A DNA stretch of 64,000 nt. It comes from Candidatus Latescibacterota bacterium. GTDB taxonomy: Bacteria > Latescibacterota > UBA2968 > GCA-2709665. Of the stretch, positions 58,099 through 64,000 are shown one piece after another; position 1 is the first letter of the stretch, and each line of letters starts with the position of its first letter. A program made the position numbers and the translations under genes. The DNA lies in the NCBI GenBank assembly GCA_965116875.1, contig OZ220733.1, positions 544,001 through 608,000 on the forward strand. Direction: 5' to 3'. The notes under the pieces were generated by a model, which was not told the origin of the DNA, did no database searches, and saw nothing but the letters and a program-made list of their open reading frames with translations.

Positions 58099-60183
58099 TC
58101 AGGACGGTGGCCGGATCCGCATGCCCTGCCGTTCCGATCTCGCCAGAATGGCCTCCGCCATGATCGACACGAGCGCCAGGCCCAGCGCAAATCGCCATAG
58201 TTCCCTGCCGCCACGCGCTGTCCGGACCGCGTCTGCCGGAGGGGCTTGAGGTTCCACGAAGCGAAGCCGGGCCCCCTCGAACACTCTTTTGAGCCGATCC
58301 GTTGACGCAGGCGCGGGATCCCCTTCCCTTGCATCGATACGAACCGCGAACCGGTCCGCCAGACGGTCCCGCGCGTAAATCTCCCAGACACCGGGAATAT
58401 TCACCTCGCCGACAGGCCATACCGAGCGTGCCCCGCGCTGTTCGGGCCAGATCGTTCGGGCTTCGCCCGCGGGAGGTCTGAGCAGGGCCTCTCGGGCTTG
58501 AACCTCAGACCGGTTCCGATACACCCTGTCGCCCACGAAATAGTCCGACTGGCCGGGAAGACCCGCCGCCAGATAACGGCTCAGCCGATGCATGAACGGA
58601 ACGAAGATTCCCGTGAGAGGCAGGTCGGTCCAGCTCAGGTCGGATTTCAAGCCGGCGGCAAACAATATCACACGGCCTGCGCCGAGGCGGTTTTCGGCCA
58701 GAGCGGGGTCGCCGTTGCGGAACAGCAGAACAGGCTGCGATGTACCGCCCAGCCGCATCCGGCAGTACGCATAGAACCTTGGCCTTCCCAGTCCTTCTGC
58801 CGAACCGAGATCGCGGAAAACCGTATGGTCAGGCAGCGTTTCACTCAGCCTGTGATAGGTGTCGCTCTGTCCGGGAGAACCTTCTACGCCTACGAGCGCC
58901 GCGGGAAACAGGACCGGGAACAATGCGGAATTGTAATGCCGAAAATCCACCCGATCCCCCATAAACACCATCACGCCCATTCCGGTTTGCACTCGATATT
59001 CAAGGAGTTTCAAGGCGCCGGCGGACAACCGGGACACGTTGAACAACAGGGCCGCGTCCGTTCCGTGCAAGAGATCCGCGTTCAATTCATCAGGCCGAAC
59101 CGATCGGACCGATACCGAGTGCCCCGACCCGGCCTCCAGCGCCCTTGCGACGAAATAGGTCTCGTCATCGCTTTCGGCAATCAGAAGCACGCTCACGCGC
59201 TCCGGGATGTTCAGGACCGAAGTGTAGACGTTGTCCGCCGCCATGTCGTCGTCACCGAGTTCGACGCGCAAGGGTACCTGCCCCCCCCTCTCCGGAATGA
59301 ACCGGAAGTGGAGACGCCGGGAGGTACCGGGTTCTGTACGGATCACCTGTTGACCGATCCGGCGTCCGTCCAGATAAACCTGTACCGGCGCCCGAAGCCG
59401 GACGGGCCCTCCGTAGTCCGTTAACGACACCCTCAACGTAGAAGCGTTGCCGGCGCCAAGGATCCCTTCGACGGGGGCCGCATGCCGGATGCCCGTATTG
59501 TCCGGTTCAGACGTTCGAACCGGTATGCAAAACACCGCAATGCCGGTTCCCGCGAAGAGCGTATCGGGAATCTCAGACCATCCGTTCGCTGCAAAATCCG
59601 AGACGACGTAAAACTCCCTGTTCGGAATCTCCGTTTGAGAGGCGCACGCCAGTGCAGCCATCAGCGCGGGTTGAAAATCCGTTCCGCGATTCGTGTACCG
59701 CAAGACCTCAAGTCTTGCAGCAAGACGGTCGGGACGCCCGGGTTCGATCTCCTCGACCCTGTCATCCACCTGGAACAGGCGAACATCGTCCTGTACGTTG
59801 AACAGCTGCAGAATCTCTTTCGTCCGATTTCGTGCGCGGTCAAAAAGGGTCCCTTCGGGTACCCTGAAACTCATGCTCAGGGATCGGTCCAGCAGGATCG
59901 ACGCAGACGTTCGCACCGCGCCATCGCCCTCTACGCCCTTTAACCTGGGGCGCGCAAAGCCCAGTACCAGAAACACGATGACCAGCGTGCGAAGAAGCAG
60001 CACGAGAATCTGCTTCAACCTGAACCGGCGCATCCGATCCTGTTGAAGCGCCTGGAGGAGAACCACGTTGCTGAAGGCAATCGTCACGGCCCGCCTGCGG
60101 TTCAGCAGGTGAATCGCCAGCGGCAGCAGCGCGGCCCACAACCCGTGTAGTACTGCGGGTGATGAAAAGGACAGTCCGAACAT
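58099..60183 (-). CDS. BatA/vWA-domain membrane protein
   Basis: PLAIHLLNRR, LLLR..ARP, LLDRSLSM (MIDAS), VVSDF, C-terminal TM. Confidence 0.85.
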   Translation of the reverse strand: MFGLSFSSPAVLHGLWAALLPLAIHLLNRRRAVTIAFSNVVLLQALQQDRMRRFRLKQILVLLLRTLVIVFLVLGFARPRLKGVEGDGAVRTSASILLDRSLSMSFRVPEGTLFDRARNRTKEILQLFNVQDDVRLFQVDDRVEEIEPGRPDRLAARLEVLRYTNRGTDFQPALMAALACASQTEIPNREFYVVSDFAANGWSEIPDTLFAGTGIAVFCIPVRTSEPDNTGIRHAAPVEGILGAGNASTLRVSLTDYGGPVRLRAPVQVYLDGRRIGQQVIRTEPGTSRRLHFRFIPERGGQVPLRVELGDDDMAADNVYTSVLNIPERVSVLLIAESDDETYFVARALEAGSGHSVSVRSVRPDELNADLLHGTDAALLFNVSRLSAGALKLLEYRVQTGMGVMVFMGDRVDFRHYNSALFPVLFPAALVGVEGSPGQSDTYHRLSETLPDHTVFRDLGSAEGLGRPRFYAYCRMRLGGTSQPVLLFRNGDPALAENRLGAGRVILFAAGLKSDLSWTDLPLTGIFVPFMHRLSRYLAAGLPGQSDYFVGDRVYRNRSEVQAREALLRPPAGEARTIWPEQRGARSVWPVGEVNIPGVWEIYARDRLADRFAVRIDAREGDPAPASTDRLKRVFEGARLRFVEPQAPPADAVRTARGGRELWRFALGLALVSIMAEAILARSERQGMRIRPPS

Positions 60184-60323
60184 GACGATCAGACCCGGAA
60201 CCTGAATCGACCGTAAACCCCTGGTTCCACTTCGGAATCTGTTTTAAGATTCCCGGCGGTCTTCGCACGGCTGCAAAAGCGCTCGGGAACTCACCGGCAA
60301 TCTCAAAACAGCTTCTCACATAC

Positions 60324-60357
60324 AAAAAAAAGCCTGCTTCTCAATTGATCGCAGGCT
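60324..60357 (-). terminator. Intrinsic terminator after the PTS IIA gene
   Basis: Minus strand AGCCTGC-loop-GCAGGCT-T7. Confidence 0.75.
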
Positions 60358-60380
60358 GAGGTCCTTCCCGATTCGTTCCA

Positions 60381-60842
60381 TCAGGAATGAAGCTTTTCTT
60401 CTTCTTCGATACAGGTGATCAGGGCTTCTCTGTCTTCCGATTCAATGAGATGCCGGCGAAACGTCTCGCCTTTGAGCAGGCGCGAAATACGCGCCAACGC
60501 CTTGATGTGCGGACCTGATACGTCCATTGGAGAGACCAGCAGGAAGAAAATGAAGGTTGGCTGGTCGTCCAGGGCGTCGAAGTCAACGCCTTCACGCTTG
60601 ATGCCCAGTACGCCGCCCAGTTCGCTCACGAACTCGGACTTGCCATGCGGAATGGCGATGCCATGACCGATTCCGGTGCTCATGATTTCCTCGCGAAGAA
60701 GCACCGCTTCAAGGACCTTTCGCCGATCGGCAATTTTGTCACTGTCTACGGCATCGACCAGCTCCTTGAGGATTTCCCGCTTGTTCCGGCCCCTCAACCC
60801 GGCGATCACCGACCTGCCTGAAAGAATCTCCATCAGGGTCAT
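60381..60842 (-). CDS. PTS EIIA (fructose/mannitol/Ntr family; PtsN-like)
   Basis: REEIMSTGIGHGIAIPH, FDALD, HIKALARISR. Confidence 0.9.
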   Translation of the reverse strand: MTLMEILSGRSVIAGLRGRNKREILKELVDAVDSDKIADRRKVLEAVLLREEIMSTGIGHGIAIPHGKSEFVSELGGVLGIKREGVDFDALDDQPTFIFFLLVSPMDVSGPHIKALARISRLLKGETFRRHLIESEDREALITCIEEEEKLHS

Positions 60843-61063
60843 GAATCCGTCTCCCGCGAACACCCCGAAACCACCGTCAATATCCGGTGCCTGCGCAGCA
60901 TGGCCCGGCAAAGCGAAAAATAAACCATAGCTTGTTCGTAGTCAAGGGAAAAGGCATAAAAAAACAGGGGGATACGCCAATGTCGGGACGGTTGGCGAGT
61001 GCCGGGGAAAACAGCGACGCCCACTCGGGTTCGGACATCGCCAGGCACAAGCCCCGGTACCGT

Positions 61064-62857
61064 CTATCCTGCCGTCCGGCCCCGGATGAGGAGTTCCCTT
61101 TCGTAACTGCGCAGCAGGTCCGATCGGGTGATAACCCCTTCCAGTCGGTCGCGGGAATCCGAACGAAATACCGGCAGCGTGTTCGCATCCGTTTTTGAAA
61201 ACTGAACGAGAGCGTCGGCCAGCGAACTTGAGGGCTCCATTGCGGGCGGCGGTGTTCCCATCACGTCTTCGGCGATCAGCAACGCATGCATATCGTATTC
61301 AATCATCACTTCCCGTATGTCGTGAAACCAGATCATGCCTTTGAACCGGCCCCCGTCGTCCATAAGCGGGAAGTCCTGCAGATTGCTGCGGCCGATCAGG
61401 TCGACAATCTCGCGCAGCGGGGTGTGTTCCCTGATAAAGTCGAAGTCCGGGCGTACGATCCCGGAGACCGGTAGTTTTTCCAATACCGACAGATCGCGTC
61501 CCTGATGTATATTCAAACCCCTGCGCCGGAGCTTCAGCGAATAGATGGACTCACGCTCGATCACACGCGCCATGACCACGGCCAGGACGGTGGTGAACAG
61601 CAGGGGCAGAATGAGACGGTAGTTTCCGGTCATTTCAACGATGATGAGGGATGAAGTCAATGGGGCGTGCGTCGTTGCGGCGACAAAGGCGCTCATGCCC
61701 ACGACTGCGTATGCGCCCGCGGGACTGATGACACCGGGCAGCCAGGTCTGTGCGAGGCGGCCGAAAGCGCCGCCGAGCGTTGCGCCCATGAAAAGCGATG
61801 GCGCGAATAGTCCGCCCGAGGCGCCCGAACCCACCGTCAACGACGTGCTCAGCAGCTTCAATCCCAACAATAGCCCCAGCATGGGCAGCAGAATCTGCCC
61901 TTGAAGCGCGGCCCCGACGGTCTCGTAGCCCACGCCCAATGCCTGCGGGCATCCCAGGCCGATGAGCCCCACCAGCGCGCCGCCGACGGCCGGCTTCAGC
62001 CACGCGGGCATCCCGAACGCCCGCCGGTTGAAGAGATCTTCGGTGGCATAAAGCAGCCTGATGAAGACGGCGCCGACGACACCCGCAAGAATGGCCAGAA
62101 TGACGTACCAACCGAGTTCGTGAAGGTTTGCGAACTGATAGTCCGGCACCTCAAATACCTGGCGTTCTCCCATATAGGCCTTTGCGACGACTGCCGACAT
62201 CACCGAAGAGATGACCACGGGAGTAAAAGCGGCAATCGTGAAATCCGCCAGGATAATTTCCAGCGAAAACAGCACACCTGCAATCGGCGCGTTGAAGATG
62301 GCCGAAATTCCGGCCGAAGCGCCGCAGGCAATCAGTGTTTTCAGGTTCGCTTCGGAGAATCTGAACAGCCGGCCGACGGTGGAGCCCCATGCGGCCCCGA
62401 TCTGGATTATGGGACCCTCGCTCCCGGCCGACCCTCCGGATCCGATAGTGAACGCGGAAGCGAACGCCTTGGCAACCATCACCCGTGCGCGAATCACACC
62501 CCGCCTGGTGATGATCGCATTCATGACTTCCGCAACACCGGGGCCTCTCGCCTCCACCGCGTAGAAGCAAGCGATCAGACCGGCGGCCAAGCCGCCCATG
62601 GCAGGAATGAGAGGAAACAGAAAGGATCTGCCCAGAAGTTCCGGCGCATCGACGAGCAGCAGCCTGTGCGCCAGGTCGAGCAACCACTGAAACAGCACGG
62701 AACCCGCCCCGCAGCCGACGCCGATAAGAATGGCCAGACTGATCAGGATGGTCTGTTCACTCAGGTTCAACCGGGGGAAAAAACGGGCGATCCGGTTACG
62801 AAAGCGTATTGACGCTTTGAGGGGGGGCGATACGGATGGCGAGGGATCAACATCCAC
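61064..62857 (-). CDS. ClC-family anion channel/transporter with two CBS domains
   Basis: GPGVAEV, GSAGSEGP, FNAPIAG, GGLFAP, EMTG; start uncertain (the frame stays open through the upstream MITE to 62983). Confidence 0.92.
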   Translation of the reverse strand: MDVDPSPSVSPPLKASIRFRNRIARFFPRLNLSEQTILISLAILIGVGCGAGSVLFQWLLDLAHRLLLVDAPELLGRSFLFPLIPAMGGLAAGLIACFYAVEARGPGVAEVMNAIITRRGVIRARVMVAKAFASAFTIGSGGSAGSEGPIIQIGAAWGSTVGRLFRFSEANLKTLIACGASAGISAIFNAPIAGVLFSLEIILADFTIAAFTPVVISSVMSAVVAKAYMGERQVFEVPDYQFANLHELGWYVILAILAGVVGAVFIRLLYATEDLFNRRAFGMPAWLKPAVGGALVGLIGLGCPQALGVGYETVGAALQGQILLPMLGLLLGLKLLSTSLTVGSGASGGLFAPSLFMGATLGGAFGRLAQTWLPGVISPAGAYAVVGMSAFVAATTHAPLTSSLIIVEMTGNYRLILPLLFTTVLAVVMARVIERESIYSLKLRRRGLNIHQGRDLSVLEKLPVSGIVRPDFDFIREHTPLREIVDLIGRSNLQDFPLMDDGGRFKGMIWFHDIREVMIEYDMHALLIAEDVMGTPPPAMEPSSSLADALVQFSKTDANTLPVFRSDSRDRLEGVITRSDLLRSYERELLIRGRTAG

Positions 62858-62860
62858 CGT

Positions 62861-62993
62861 TAGCAGTCCGTTGAGAAAGTCGCTCTGCAGGCGAGGCCGA
62901 GTCCCATCGTGCGATTCGGCGAGGGAGCGCAACGCAGGTTTTCGACCGCAAGGGCCGTCCGCAGCCCGGATGGACTTTTTCAACGGGCTGTCA
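62861..62993 (-). mobile_element. MITE-like element, copy 2 (33 bp shorter)
   Basis: Reverse complement matches 15108-15273 apart from substitutions and one 33-bp indel. Confidence 0.8.
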
Positions 62994-63038
62994 GGTCGCT
63001 TTTTTTACAATTGCCGGTCGCCGGAAAAAAGACGCCAG

Positions 63039-63067
63039 AGTATACCCTCCGCCACAAGCACTGTCAA
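63039..63067 (-). promoter_or_regulatory. Sigma70-like promoter for the ClC gene
   Basis: Minus strand TTGACA-17 bp-TATACT. Confidence 0.7.
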
Positions 63068-63222
63068 GCGGAAAGCGGATGTTCCAGGGCATGTAAAAAC
63101 ATGAAACATTTCCGCCGAATCGGCGTAAAACGGAGGAAAAACTGCGATGTTCCGCCGGCAAAACGCCCGGTCCGCGAGCAAGCGGCTCCGGCACCGGCCC
63201 GTTCGAAACCGAAAGGAATCCA

Positions 63223-64000
63223 ATGCGCTTTGCAGAACACGTACCGACACGCTTCGCCTGGACATGCGTCGCGTTCCTGCTTTTGCCGTCCGCAGTCTTT
63301 CCAATGACGCCGACGTCCGCGGATTCCCTTTACGCACGGGGACAATCCGCGGAACGCATGGAGGACGTACGCGAAGTCGTATCCCGGCTCAACGCGGCCC
63401 TGCCCTCCACCGCCCATCCTGCCGGTATGCTGATTCGTATCGGCAATCTTTACGTGCGGCTGCAGGAGGCGGACAGCGCCGAGGTCGCCTTCGATGCCGC
63501 TGTCGCACGGGACAGTACGCTTGCGGGCGCCTATCTCGGTCTGGGCGAGGTCCTGCTCGAACTCCGGAACAGACCCCGGTCCGCCCTCGTCCCGCTGCAG
63601 AGGGCGGTAGATCTGGATTCCACGTATGCGGAAGCCCACTACATGATGGCCCGTGCTTACCTGCGGTCCAGAAAGACCACGGCCGCGAGGCGAGCCGCGG
63701 ACAAGAGCATCCAGGTCGAACCGAACTACGCGGCGCCATATCTGTTTCTGGCAAAACTCTACCAGCGTGAAAACAACAACCGCGCAGCATTTACTTTCTA
63801 TAAGGCGTATCTCGAACAGCGTCCCAACGACCAGACCGCGGCCTATGAATTCGCGGTAGAACTCCTCAAGCAGGAGGAACTCGACAGAGCACGGGAAATC
63901 GCGGAACGGCTCGGCGGGTCGCGAGGCCTGCCTATCGTTGCCCAGGCGCTCATGGCCGATCGCGACTATGAGGGCGCGCTGGATGCCTTCTCGGAGTATA
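63223..64000 (+). CDS. Secreted tetratricopeptide-repeat protein, truncated by window edge
   Basis: Not in the ORF track. GAAAGGA RBS; MRFAEHVPTRFAWTCVAFLLLP.. then TPR units AYLGLG, AVDLDSTYAEAHYMMARAY; open to the window end. Confidence 0.85.
   Translation, partial: MRFAEHVPTRFAWTCVAFLLLPSAVFPMTPTSADSLYARGQSAERMEDVREVVSRLNAALPSTAHPAGMLIRIGNLYVRLQEADSAEVAFDAAVARDSTLAGAYLGLGEVLLELRNRPRSALVPLQRAVDLDSTYAEAHYMMARAYLRSRKTTAARRAADKSIQVEPNYAAPYLFLAKLYQRENNNRAAFTFYKAYLEQRPNDQTAAYEFAVELLKQEELDRAREIAERLGGSRGLPIVAQALMADRDYEGALDAFSEY

Noticed and set aside
62990-63200. Fluoride riboswitch / CLC-F exporter
   Set aside because: No crcB-motif sequence seen, and the protein lacks the CLC-F GNN/GREGT signature.
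1-64000. CRISPR array or rRNA
   Set aside because: No regularly spaced direct repeats or rRNA-like sequence seen.

Overview
GC-rich bacterial chromosomal window. Its gene content (sulfatases, PhyH dioxygenases, BNR/propeller hydrolases, secreted proteins with a DFDGDG..DF..FA.AFG dockerin/EF-hand-like module, many toxin-antitoxin pieces) resembles Latescibacterota/Gemmatimonadota-like marine or sponge-associated genomes; that placement is inference. From left to right: catabolic genes and pdxJ (0-12 kb); a complete heme-acquisition locus (hmuTUV, TonB receptor, tandem-domain HmuY, IsdG-like oxygenase) ending at tRNA-Pro(TGG); peptidases, a sulfatase and an EVE gene; a minus-strand operon ending in a rhodanese with an in-frame UGA at the catalytic Cys position (probable selenoprotein); czcCBA-like RND pump; TorF-like porin and glutamine synthetase III; a lower-GC island (~41-49.7 kb) with candidate defence genes, solo antitoxins and an IS1380 that splits a PIN-domain gene; then secreted protease, pilin-like, Ig-like, xerC, topA, BatA/vWA, PTS IIA, ClC and TPR genes. 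Best leads: the dockerin-like-tagged double HmuY, which shares its tag with a secreted metalloprotease; the Sec-rhodanese; PhyH enzymes lacking the HxD carboxylate; the uncharacterised island proteins; a two-copy MITE that keeps an open frame; and a ClC with Pro at the selectivity position. All calls come from reading motifs by eye, with no database search.
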